From assembly GCA_051313645.2 (NCBI GenBank), contig JBNRSN020000010.1, positions 47,430,001 to 47,494,000 of the forward strand: a stretch of DNA of 64,000 nt, given 5' to 3'. Below the pieces are notes generated by a model that had not been told where the DNA came from, searched no databases, and worked only from the letters and a program-made list of their open reading frames with translations. The number at the start of each line of letters is the position of its first letter. The stretch's first letter is position 1. The position numbers were made by a program, and so were the translations under genes. Positions 50,327 to 62,676 of this stretch are shown here, one piece after another. Source of the DNA: Centroscyllium fabricii (lineage: Eukaryota).

Positions 50327-53300
50327 TGATGCACAATCAATCACTGCCAGTCGATGGTCAGATGCAATCGAGGCTTTCATTAACATAGAACTGGACACAG
50401 GTCTGATGATCTTCCAAGCCAAAGTGAAAGCACTCAGGTGTGCAGGCACTCTTATACTCTGTGGGCGGAGCCTGGGGAGGAAGCCAAAGAGCGGGGTCCT
50501 CCCAGGTGACTCCTCCCCGACAAGAAGGCAAGGAGTTGCAATCTTATAGTACAGTACAGTACAGTACAGCAATTACAAGGAGGGGACACAAGGGGGAGAC
50601 AATATACAATATATACAAGTTAGTGGTTTACCACATTCACCCCGTTTTAAAAAATGACGGCGGGGGTGAATAATCTTTAGTTCAAAGGTTAAGTCTTTCT
50701 GGTGGTCTGGTTTGCCGAAGCGACCGTCGCAGTGCCGGTCTTGGAGCTGATCCCAGGGTTGCCGGCCGTGCTGACTCCAGCGGTTGTAGAACTTCTGGCT
50801 GTGTGGTGTCCGCCAAAGCCGGTGGTGGTGCAGTCGTGGAGGGGTGGGTGTTGTGCATCGTTCGGTCCCGAGTCTCCAGCGTGCCGTCTATAGGAGCTGT
50901 AAAAAAACCAGACAACAGCGTCTCGTGAAGGGGAACGGTGGTGGGGGTGGGGAGGCCGGTGGTCTCTGGGGCACCCGAGGGCGCAAGATCTCTAATGGAG
51001 ACTGTGTCCTCCCGCCCGTCTGGGAACACCACGTAGGCGTACTGGGGGTTGGCGTGGAGGAGCTGTACCCTTTCAACCAGGGGGTCTGTCTTGTGGGCCC
51101 TCACGTGTCTCCGGAGCAAGACAGGCCCGGGGGACGTCAGCCATGCTGGCAGCGAGGTCCCAGATGCAGACTTCCTGGGGAAGCAAAACATCCGCTCGTG
51201 AGGGGTGGCATTGGTGGCGGTGCAGACCAGTGACCTAATGGAGTGGAGGGCATTTGGGAGGACCTCCTGCCAGCGGGAGACGGGGAGGACCCTGGACCGT
51301 AGGGCGAGGCTGATGGCCTTCCAGACAGTACCGTTCTCCCGCTCAACCTGCCCATTGCCCCGGGGGTTGTAGCTAGTGGTTCTGCTTGTTGCAACCCCTT
51401 TGGATAGCAGGTACTGGCGCAGCTCGTCACTCATGAACGACGACCCCCTGTCTGTGTGGATATAGTTAGGGAAGCCGAACATGGTGAAGATGCTGTGCAG
51501 ACACCTGATGATCGTGGCTGTGGTCATGTCAGGACAAGGGATTGCGAAAGGGAAACGTGAGTACTCGTCAATGACGGTGAGGAAGTACCCGTTTCTGTTG
51601 GTGGAGGGGAGGGGGCCCTTGAAATCGACGCTCAGTCATTCGAAGGGGCTGGTGGCCTTGACCAAACTGGCTCTGTCTGGCCGAAAAGAATTTGGTTTGC
51701 ACTCCGCACAGGTCGGGCAGTGCCTGGTGATGTCCCAGACGTCCGAAACGGAGTAGGGTAGGTTGCGGGACTTCACGAAGTGGAAGAGCCGGGTGACTCC
51801 GGGGTGGCAGAGGTCGTTGTGGATGGACTGCAGTCTATCCACTTGTGCACTGGCACAGGTTCCACGGGATAGTGCGTCCGGGGGCTCATTGAATTTACCG
51901 GGCTGGTATAAGATATCGTAATTATAGGTGGACAGTTCAATTCTCCACCGTAAGATTTTGTCATTTTTTATTTTACCCCGCTGGTTATTACTAAACATGA
52001 AAGCCACCGACCGCTGGTCAGTGAGCAGGGTAAATCTTCTACCGGCCAGGTAGTGTCTCCAGTGCCGCACCGCTTCCACGATGGCCTGGGTCTCCTTCTC
52101 CACTGATGAATGCCTGATTTCGGGGCTGTGGTGGGTGCGGGAGAAGAAGGCCACCGGCCGTCTAGACTGGTTGAGAGTGGCGGCCAGGGCAAAATCAGAG
52201 GCATCACTTTCCACCTGGAATGGGGTGGATTCGTCCACGGCGTGCATGGTCGCCTTGGCGATGGCTGCCTTGATGCTGTCGAAGGCTGCACGAGCCTCGT
52301 TCGACAGGGGAAAAGAGGTTGATTTCAGGAGAGGGCGGGCTCTGTCCACGTACTGGGGGACCCATTGGGCGTAGTATGAGAAGAAGCCCAGGCACCTTTA
52401 TAGGGGCTTTGGGCTCTGGGGGAGGGGAAGTTCCATGAGGGGGCGCATGCCTTCGGGGTCCGGGCCGATGACCCCGTATGCCACGAAGCAGCCCAGGATG
52501 GTGAGGCGGGTGGTGCGGAAAACACATTTTTCCTCATTGTAGGTGAGGTTGAGGAGCTTGGCGGTGTGGAGGAATTTGGCCAAGTTCGCATCATGGTCCT
52601 TCATGTCGTGGCCACAGATGGTGACGTTGTCGAGGTAGGGGAAGGTAGCCAGCAGCCCGTTTTGGTCCACCATCCAGTCCATCTCCCGTTGGAAGACCGA
52701 CACACCATCAGTGACTCCAAAAGGGACCCTCAGAAAGTGGTAGAGACGGCCATTCGCCTCAAAGGCAGTGAATTGGCAGTCTCCAGGGTGGATGGGGAGC
52801 TGATGGTACGCCGACTTCAGGTCAATTGTAGAAAACACCCTGTACTGCGCAATCTCATTGACCATGTCTGAGATGCGAGGCAGGGGGTATGCGTCCAATT
52901 GAGTGAAGCGGTTGATCGTCTGGCTGTAGTGGATGACCAGGCGGTGTTTGGTGCTGGTCTTGACGACTACAACCTGGGCTCTCCAGGGCCTGTTGCTGGC
53001 CTCGATGATCCCCTCCCTCAGTAGCCGCTGGACCTCAGACTTAATGAACAGTCTGTCCCCCGTGCTGTAGCGCCTGCTTTTTGTAGCTATGGGCTTACAG
53101 TCGGGGGTGAGGTTAGCAAATAATGAGGGAGGGGCGACTAGGAGGGTCGAAAGGCTGCAAACAGTGTGGGGCTCACGCTGTGAAAACTGCTGGCTACAGA
53201 CGGTCAACGGGGGGAGGGGGCCACCGTATTTAATGATGACGCTGTCGAGGTGGCTTTGAAAGTTGAGACCTAATAGGACGGCAGCGCAGAGATGGGGGAG

Positions 53301-54943
53301 GACCAACAGTTTAAAACGGTTATACACAGTACCCCGCACCTTAATTGTAACCACACAGAGACCACCGACTTCCGCCGTTGCAGTGTTGGAAGCCATTAGA
53401 ATCCGCTGGCGCACGGGGAGTACCGTGAGGGAAAGCCTCCGTACCGTGTCCGGGTGTATAAAACTTTCGGTACTCCCCGAGTCAAATAGGCAGTTAACCG
53501 CACGGCCGTTTACCTCAATGTCCATGATGGATCGCGCAAGTTGGTGGGGTCGGGTCTGGTCCAGCATGATCGATGCGAGTTGTAGGAGTTGCAGGTCGTC
53601 TCGTGGATCACTCCCTGTAGTTAAGCGTGGTGGCGTCCATCGTTCACATGCGGAGGAGTAGGCCTCAAGATGGCCGGCTGATGCAAAATGGCTGCCTCCA
53701 TGTTCACCGTGTGGAGGAGGGGGGGAGGGTGTAAGATGGCCGCCCGATCCAAAATGGCCACCCCCACGGTTGCCACGTGGGGGTGAGTGCTGGCTGCCCC
53801 AAAATTGCCGCTCTGTGGGAGCACACGCAGCGCTGCTGGGGGGGGGGGGGGGGAGGGTTTGCTCTTGCAGACTGCTGCGTAGTGTCCCTTCTTTTTGCAG
53901 CTGGAGCACAGTGCATCTTTTGCAGTGCATCGCTGCCTGGGGTGTTTAGTCTGCCCGCAGAAATAGCACTTCTGGGGTCGGGCTGCTGCCGCGGACGTGA
54001 GTGGGGGCGCAGCGGCGGTCGTCTCGCCCGCCCACAGGGTCTGCGCCCGCGACCCTTGCTGGTCGTAAGCCTCCCCCTGGATGTGCGCCGCCTCCAGCGA
54101 TTCCGCTAGCGTTTCAGCAGCCACCAAGTCTATATTGCTCTACTCCAGCAGTCGCTGGCGGGTATATGTGGGCCTGAGTCCCGCCACCAGGGCATCCCTG
54201 AGGATTATGTCCTGGTGCTGGTTGGCCATCAACGGCTTACAATTGCAGGTGCACATGAGCGTTCGCAACGCTGCCAAAAAGTTTGTGAAAGACTCACCAG
54301 GCTGCTGTTTCCTGTTCAGTAGGAGATGCCTGGCATAGATTTCGTTCGACGGGGCGGTAAAACGAGATTTTAAAGTGTCCAGGGCATTCCTGTAAATCGT
54401 TTCGCCCTCGATTAAACTGAAGAGCTCAGGGCTGACCAGAGCTCGCAGGACTTTGAGCTTCCGCTGTTCTGTGTCCACGGTCAGGCGGGATTCTTCGAGG
54501 AAGGACTCGAAGCAGGAGACCCAGTGCGTGAAGGCCCGCTCAGCGCCTGCCGATCGCGGGACGAGGTCGAGTTTGTCAGGTCGCAGTAACTTTTCCTTCT
54601 TCATGGAAAGTTTTTTTGTAAAAACTATGTTAATAAAATTGATGCACAATCAATCACTACCAGTCGATGGTCAGATGCAATCGAGGCTTTTATTAACATA
54701 GAACTGGACACAGGTCTGATGATCTTCCAAGCCAAAGTGAAAGCACTCAGGTGTGCAGGCACTCTTATACTCTGTGGGCGGAGCCTGGGGAGGAAGCCAA
54801 AGAGCGGGTTCCTCCCAGGTGAGTCCACCCCGACAAGAAGGCAAGGAGTTGCAATCTTATAGTACAGTACAGTACAGCAATTACAAGGAGAGGACACAAG
54901 GGGGAGACAATATACAATATATACAAGTTAGTGGTTTACCACA
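50327..54943 (-). mobile_element. Ty3/Gypsy Mag-like copy 5, full length, nested in copy 4
   Basis: LTRs 54640-54943 and 50327-50635; TSD GTTTG (50322-50326 / 54944-54948); disrupted ORF 54604 to 50682. Confidence 0.96.
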
Positions 54944-55799
54944 GTTTGGCCTGGTCGAGGCCTACATGAAGGCCGTAAAGGCGATGAGTGATGAGGACAA
55001 ACTCCAGGTACTCTCATCACGGATCAGCGGCCGGGTGTACTCCTTTATCCGCGGCCTCAAGACTTACGAGGAAGCGGTCAAGAAATTGAAGGACAGCTAC
55101 ATGCGCCCGGCCCACTCGGTCTATGCCAGGCGTGTTCTGGCGACCAGAAGGCAACGACTCGGTGAGTCCAATGAACAATTTCTGCTAGCGCTCCAAGCCC
55201 TCGCACGGGCCTGCGACTGCAAGGCAAGGACAGCGGAGGAAGAGGCGAACCTCCTAATCCGCGATGCCTATGTTGCAGGACTCAGATCCAGCCAGGCCCG
55301 CCAACGGCTGCTGGAGCAGGACGCACTGTCGCTTGAGTCCGCGATAACTCTTTCTAATGCGGTGGACGGAGCGCTTCGGAAGATGGACGCGTAAAGGGAC
55401 CACAACTCACACGCGGGCACCCCTGACCCCTGGGCGACACATGGACGGGCCGAGGCCCCCACGACAGCAGCGGCGACCGCGAAGGGGCACAGATGCTACT
55501 TCTGCGGCTAAGAAAAGCACCCGCGGGCACAGAGCCCCACGAAGAATGCGACCTGCGCACGGTGCGCAAAGAAGGGACGCTACGCTAAGGCGTGCAAATC
55601 CAGCCCGGCATCCACCTCCAGACCCAACAGCGCGGCCTGTGAGAACAACGACGCCACTCCGTGGCTACAGGTACGGTGTTGCAGCGCGACCCAGCAGCGG
55701 TCAGCCGGGGGTAAATCGCAGGTGCCTCCATCCCCTTTAACTATACGGCGGAGGCCGGCCGCGCGCACGGCACAGGCGCAGCCATCACAAACGTGACTG

Positions 55800-56090
55800 C
55801 GACCGGCCATGTGCGACACCCCGGCGCTACCATCTTGCCCACAGCGGTCGGCCGCGTGCGAACCACGGGCGCCGCCATGTTGTCCACAGCGGTCGGCCGC
55901 GAGTGAACCACGGGCGCCGCCATCTTCTCCACAGCGGCCAGCCGCGTGCGAACCATGGGCGCCACCATCTTGTCCACAGCAGTCAGCCGCGTGCGAACCA
56001 CGGGCGCCGCCATCTTGTCCACAGCAGCCGGACACATGCAAATCGCCGGCGCCGCCATCTTCCGAGCGGCCATCTTGCCAACCGCCCCGG
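55800..56090 (+). repeat. 42-bp coding minisatellite in copy 4
   Basis: Repeated GCCGCGTGCGAACCACGGGCGCCGCCATCTTGTCCACAGC. Confidence 0.88.
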
Positions 56091-59000
56091 CCGGGGCCCC
56101 AGCTAGCGGAGGGCCCCCACACACACACATACACTTCGGCCTCAGCCACTGTCGATCAGGCTAGGCCACACAACTTGTCCAACTCCATGATGGGGATAAA
56201 GGTGGACGGGCACGCCACTAACTGCCTGTTCGACACCGGTAGCACAGAGAGCTTTATACACCCCAACACAGTGCGGCGCTATGCACTGCAGACCCGGCCC
56301 ACGCACTAGCAAATCTCCCTTGCCTCAAAGTCCCACACGGCGGATGTCACCGGCTACTGCAGCGTTACGCTCACGATCAGGGACCGCATTTACCGTAACT
56401 TTAAGTTGTACATACTCCAGCAGCTGTGCGCCCCAGTATTACTGGGACTTGATTTCCAGTGTCACCTGAAGAGCGTGACGATGGATTTCGGTGGAACCCT
56501 GGCTCCCCTCACCGTCAGTAGCCGGGACAATCCCAACTTAACGCGGAGCTTGACTTGCGGCCTGTCCACATTAAAAGTCGATCCCCCCTCGCTGTTCGCC
56601 AATCTCAACCCCAAATGCAAGCCCATTGCTACCAAAAGTTGCCGTTGCAGTGCAGGGGACCGGGCGTTCATCAGGTCGGAGGTCGAGCGCATGCGAAAAG
56701 AAGGGATCATTGAGGCCAGCACCAGCCCTTGGTGGGCCCAGGTCGTGGTGGTTAAGACAGGCGAGAAACTGCGCATGGTCATTGAATATAGCCTGACGAT
56801 TAACCTCTACACCGGGCTCGACGCCAACCCCCTCCCCCGCATCTCGGACATGGTGAACCAGATCGCACAGCACAAGGTCTTTTCCACAATCGATCTCAAG
56901 TCGGCATATCACCAACTCCCCATCCGGAAATCCGATCACCAGTACACCGCCTTCGAGGTGAACGGCAGGCTCTACCACTTCCTCCGGGTCCCCTTTGGTG
57001 TGACCAACAGAGTGTCGGTGTTCCAGAGGGAGATGGACAGCATGGTTGACCAGAATGAGTTGCAGGCCACTTTCCCCTACCTGGCCAACGTGACCATCTG
57101 CGGCCATGATCAGCAGGACCACGATGCCAACCTCGCCAAATTCCTGCAGGCGGCGAAACGGCTGGACCTAACGTACAATAAAGACAAGTGTGTCTTTAGT
57201 ATGGACCGGCTCGGTATCCTCGGATACGTGGTGGAAAACGGGGTCCTGGGCCCCGATCCACAGCGTATGCGCCCCTTGCAAGAGCTGCCCTTACCTCACA
57301 ACCCCAAAGCCCTGAGGAGATGTCTAGGGTTCTTTTCTTATTACGCGCAATGGGTCCCCCAGACCTCTCCTCAAGGCCGACGTCTTCCCCCTCTCGGCTG
57401 GGCGCTAAATTCATTGGGGTGCTACCATTTAGCCCCTAACTTAGCGTCCAGCTGAATTTAGCGCTGGGCGCTATTTTTGGCGCTAATTCTGTGGTGCCCG
57501 ATTAGCACCCATTTTGAGCACTAACGGGCCAGCGCTAAGGCGCCAATTTAGCCCCCTATGTTCCCCCGTGTCTCTGGGAGGTTATTTGTGTCCTCCTTTG
57601 TGAAGACAGAACCAAAATATGTATTTAGTTGGTCTGCCATTTCTTTGTTTCCCATTATAAATTCCCCTGATTCTGACTTCACCAATTTTTTTCTCTTCCC
57701 ATGTCTATAAAAGCTTTTGCAGTCAGTTTTTACGTTCCCTGCAAACTTACTCTCATATTCTATTTTCCCATTCTTAATTAATCCCTTTGTCCTCCTGTAT
57801 TGAATACTAAACTGCTCCCAATCCTCAGGATTATTGCTTTTTCTGGCCAATTTATATGTCCTCTCCTTGGATCTTATGCAATCTCTAATTTCCCTTGTTA
57901 GCCATGGTTGAGTCACCTTTTTTGTTTTATTTTTATGCCAAACTAGGATGAATAAATTCTGTAGTTCATCCATGCGGTTTTTGAATATTTGCCATTGCCT
58001 ATCCACCGTCAACCCTTCGCGTGACATTCCCCAATCAATCCTACCCAACTTGCGCCTCAGACCATCGTAGTTTCCTTTATTTAAATTGAGGACCCTACTC
58101 TCTGAGTTAGCTACTTCATTCTCCATCTTAATGAAGAATTTGATCATATTATGATCGCTCCGACCCAAGGGCCCTCATACAAGATTGCTAATTAATCCTT
58201 TCTCATAACATGATACCCAGTCTAAGATGGCCTGATCTCTGGTTAGTTTCTCGACATATTGGTCCAGGAAACCATCCCGTAAACACTCCAGGAATTCCTC
58301 CTCCACAGTATTGTTACTAATTTGGTTAGCCCAATCTGTATGTAGATAAAAGTCACCCATGATGACTGCTGTGCCCTTATTGCACGCTTCGTTAGTTTTC
58401 CTTTTAATGCCATCCCCAACCTCCGCCTTACTGTTTGGAGGTCTATATACCACTCCCACTAATGTTTTCTGCCCCTTGTTATTTCTCAATTCTACCCATA
58501 CAGATTCCACATCATCAGAGCTAATATCCTTCCTTACAATTGTGTTAATCCCTTCTTTAACCAGCAATGCTACCCCACCTCCCTTTCCTTTCTGCCTATG
58601 TTTCCTGAATATTGAATACCCCTGGATGTTGAGTTCCCAGCCTTGGCCATCCTTGAGCCACATTTCCGTAATCCGAACCAAATCATATTCGTTTACCTCT
58701 ATTTGCGCAGCCAATTCATCCACCTTATTACAAATGCTCCTCGCTTTAAGACATAAAGCCTTCAGGCTTGTTTTTTTATTGCTCTTAGACCTATTAGAAT
58801 TATTATTTACTGTGGCCACGTTTGATTTAAACCGTTGATTTCTCTGACTGCCACTTTTGTTTTTCTCCTTCCTATCTTTTGTTTTTATCCTTGTTTCCCT
58901 TTCCTTTTCTCCCTGCTCAGGTTCCCAACCTCCTGCTATTTTAGTTTAAACCCTCCCCCAGAGCACTTGCAAACACTCCCCCTAGGACATCGGTTCCAGC

Positions 59001-60256
59001 CCTGCCCAGGTGCAAACCATCCGGTTTGAACTGGTCCCACCTCCCCCAGAACCGGTTCCAATGTCCCAAGAACTTGAATCCCCCCCCGTTGCACGTATTC
59101 ATCTGAAATATCCTTCTATTTCTACTCTGACTAGCACATGGCACTGGTAGCAATCCTGAGATTTCTACCTTTGGGGTCCTATGCAGAAGCAGTCACACAC
59201 ACAGCGGCCACACAGTCTGAGAGCCATGATCATTTAATATGGTGGTGTTCTTCCTTAAGGAAGGACAGAGCGAGCATAATTTATTTCCCCCACTAATTCT
59301 CTCCCCTGTCTTCCTCCGCTCCTGAACACCTTGATTCTTTTTGCACAGTTAAGGTTCCATAGACATTGATCATTCTTCAATCTCTTGCTCACGTGTCATC
59401 TCTTCATGTGTGAGCACAGACAGTGAGAGTTGGCAGGCAGGGGTCAAGCCTGATCCTATCTTCATTTGATGACTACAAATGCGCACTTCCAGCAGAGATT
59501 GTTGGCTATCAGCTGGGAGTGGGAACCATGTAAGAAAGGGACTCTAATTGTAACCCCTACAGCCTTCCTGGCTGAGATCAACTAACTGAGCCCAGTGTAA
59601 GGCTCACACCTGGCACTGTCTTGGTCTGCACAGCTTAACCATCAGAGGGACACTTGTATATTTGTGTGGGGTGAGGGGCGGAGGTGGAGTCAGCTGGATA
59701 TCTGATACGCATGCAGCTCATCGCCATGTTCAAAGGTTTGTAAAATACCCTTAATGAGGAATCTACACATGTAGTTTCTGTTTGCCGAATATGGAGTTCA
59801 CATGCTTGCCCCATAGGGACATACCTCGCTCACCCAAGTCCAGAGAGCTCAGGTGCAAGTAGGCAAAGCCGAGGCTTAGAGGCAACCCCCAGGTGAGCAC
59901 AGGGGTACTGCTGGATGTTAACCAGCTTAAAACCACCCACTTTACCAGCACAATGCACTAGTAAGCTTCCTGCTGTTGTGCAGCCAGGATCATTTTTCTC
60001 ATTAGGCTGGTTGGTAATCTTGGAGCCACTTTGACCCCCCAAAGAGGGCCACCAAGGTTTGAGAAAGGAGGAGGGGAGAAGAAACAAATAAAGTACTTGT
60101 ATTGTAAGCAAATACTACAAACTCACTGTGGGGGATTGGAAACAACAAATACTTGAAAATAAGACCTCTGTCGTGGCATTGTTCATGGGCAAAAAGAAGA
60201 AATAAAAGTTGGTTAATTTCTCTCTATCTTTCTGTTTATCTCCCACTCTGATTCAT

Positions 60257-61110
60257 TGGCCTAAAAATCTGATCGCATCTGGAAACGGTTGTGTGTATTA
60301 ACTCAGGCAGCATGTAATAGTTGAACTGCCTGCAGATTATAATTACTCAGGCGTGCATCCAGTGCTACCCGTGCTATTCATTGGCTGCATGGCTATCGAG
60401 GGTGCTGGATATCGGATGTCTATGCTGCCATTTAAAGGCAGTTGGCACCTCTTAAAGCGGAGGTGCATTCTGGCTGCAGAGAACAAGGAAGCTAATGCTG
60501 AAGAAATGGCTGAAGGTGGTTTTGAGCAGGCTCCAGCGTTCTAAGACACTGCACTGGAGGCCCTTGTGCAGTCAGTAGAGAGGAAGAGGGACAGCCTCTT
60601 CCTTCTAGGCTTCTACTTTGCTGACAATGGGAAGAAATCGATGAGCATATCAATTCCAGGAGCATTGCACCTGGACATGGCTGCAAAGCTGCAAGAAATT
60701 TAAAGATAAATTTGTTAAGGTAAGGAGACTGCTCTCATACTCGTTGCTCACTGGGTATGAGCTAGGGCAGGGGATAGAACATCACAGGCACCAGTTCACT
60801 GGATGGCGATGTTGCATACTAGTTCTGCTGTAGAGGACTCAGATACTGACTTTGAGGGCCCAGCTGATGGCTGATGGACATCCACCAGGAATTGCTTGGT
60901 GCACTAGGCAGCCTGCCAGAGAACTTGCGTACAATGTCGCAGAGCATGGAGAAGTCCAGCTCCAGTTTTTCTCAAGGCTTTGTGCAGAGCACGGAGATCA
61001 TTCTGTCTGACATGGTCAGTTCCATCATTACTACAGTGCGACCCACCATGATGGAGCCTCGGCTGACAGTACAGATTGCTGCCATGGAAGCTTAGACAAC
61101 TGCCATTGTG
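60257..61110 (+). pseudogene. Highly degraded Harbinger Myb-like remnant
   Basis: APAF...LEALVQSVERKR...TWLQSCKKFKD-like fragments at about 60500-60710. Confidence 0.45.
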
Positions 61111-61249
61111 GCTTTCAGGGCACGCTGCTTCCCTCTGATGGACGGGCTAAAATCAGGAACTCGTCGTGTGGGAATTAAAATGTTCTGGTCGCTCCAAAGG
61201 GCTTTTCCCTCCTTACATATGTTCCAGCCATTCTGCCCACTCCTCCTCC

Positions 61250-61690
61250 TATAGAAACATAGAAAAATAGGAGCAGGAGTAGGCCATTCGGCCCTTTGAA
61301 CCTGCTTCACCATTCAATATGATCATGGCTGATCCTCTATCTCAATACCATATTCCCGCTCTCTCCCCATACCCCTTGACGCCTTTCCCATCGAGAAATC
61401 TATCTCCTTCTTAAATATATTCAGTGATTTGGCCTCCACAGCATTCTGTGGTAGAGAATTCCACAGGTTCACCACCCTCTGAGTGAAGAAATGTCTCCTC
61501 ATCTCAGTCCTAAATGTCCTACTTCATATCCTGAGACTGTGACCCCTTGTTCTAGACCCCCTAAGCTAGGGGAAACATCCTCTCTGCATCCAGTCTGTCT
61601 ATTCCGGTCAGAATGTTATACGTTACAATGAGATCCCCTCTCATTCTTCTAAACTCTCGTGAATACAGGCCTAGTCGACCCAATCTCTCC
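61250..61690 (-). mobile_element. CR1 3' fragment
   Basis: Tail CATAGAAA repeat and CR1 C-terminal coding sequence. Confidence 0.85.
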
Positions 61691-61901
61691 CTTTCAATGT
61701 CACTGTGCAGCTGGTTCATTTGTAGCCTTCATCACATTCTCAGGACTGCCCCCATTTTGCTGAACATTCTTGTTTTGTCTCGTCGATGTTCAAGTGCGCC
61801 AATTCAATCCTACTGGAAAGTTAGTTAAAATGCAATTGTTCCCATTAATTCCTGGTAGTTGGAAGTAAACTATTAAGCCAATACAGGCCATTAGAGTAAT
61901 T

Positions 61902-62064
61902 CAAAAAGAAAGTACTGCAGATGCTGGAAATCTGACATAAAAACAGAAAATGCTGGAGATACTCAGCAGGTCAGGCAGCATCTGTGAGGAGAGAAACAGA
62001 GTTAACATTTCAGGTCGATGACAAAAGGTCTCTTCAAAGATGCTGCTTGACCTGCTGAGTATCT
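61902..62064. mobile_element. Very short Penelope-like inverted-repeat element
   Basis: Same pseudo-LTR sequence as 8968; 14-bp TSD CCATTAGAGTAATT (61888-61901 / 62065-62078). Confidence 0.7.
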
Positions 62065-62134
62065 CCATTAGAGTAATTGTTTGCATCTTCTCAGTTTCAC
62101 ACAGTATTATATTTTATTCTATTTTATACTTGCC

Positions 62135-62596
62135 TTAGAGGGAGTGCAACAAAGGTTCACCAGACTGATTCCTGGGATAGACAGTTGTCCTATGAGAGAA
62201 TGAGCAGGCCAGGCCTATGTTCCCTAGAGTTTCGAAAAATAAGGTGATCTTATTGAAACATATAAAATTCTTAAGGACCTTGACAGGGTAGATGCAGGGA
62301 GGATGTTTCCCCTGGCTGGGGAGTCTAGAACCAGGGGTCACAGTCTCAGAATAAGGGGTCGGCCATTTAGGGCTGAGATGAGGAGAAATTTCTTCACTCA
62401 GAGGGTGGTACATCTTTGGAATTCAGTCGATGAGTATATTCAAGACAGAGATCGATAGATTTTTGAATACTAAGGGAATCAAGGGATACGGGGATAGGGT
62501 GGGAAAATGGAGTTGAGGTAGAAGATCAGCCATGATCTTATTAAATGGCGGAGCAGGCTCGAAAGGCCCAATGGCCTACTCCTATTTCTTATGTTA
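62135..62596 (+). mobile_element. CR1 3' fragment
   Basis: EGVQQRFTRLIPG...RRNFFTQRVV and tail. Confidence 0.85.
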
Positions 62597-62676
62597 TTTT
62601 CATACAGTATCATGAATTATTAGCCATCTGGTGTGCTGCTTGTTCCATCTTTATATGATCCTAATATTTATCAGAT

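Larger units (their letters stand above)
49981..57397 (+). mobile_element. Ty3/Gypsy Mag-like copy 4 (5' LTR 49981-50217, gag interrupted by copy 5, truncated after RT)
   Basis: gag MESNAVRPDRLD...FEHWF|GLVEAYM rejoins at 54949; protease LFDTGS; RT to about 57360; no IN or 3' LTR. Confidence 0.92.
49832..57556. mobile_element. Harbinger MITE hosting Gypsy copy 4
   Basis: TIR GGGGGACAAATTGG / CCAATTTAGCCCCC; flanks GAT / TAT. Confidence 0.75.
48166..59180 (-). mobile_element. Long CR1 LINE (ORF1 3' end plus degenerate ORF2), split by the 49832-57556 insertion stack
   Basis: ORF1 esterase-like DGLHL...GEGLN (58941-59153), endonuclease 58175-58819, 57557-58168, RT 48254-49831; NLPETRGNI|..SDEREELKEI rejoins across the insertion. 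Confidence 0.92.
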
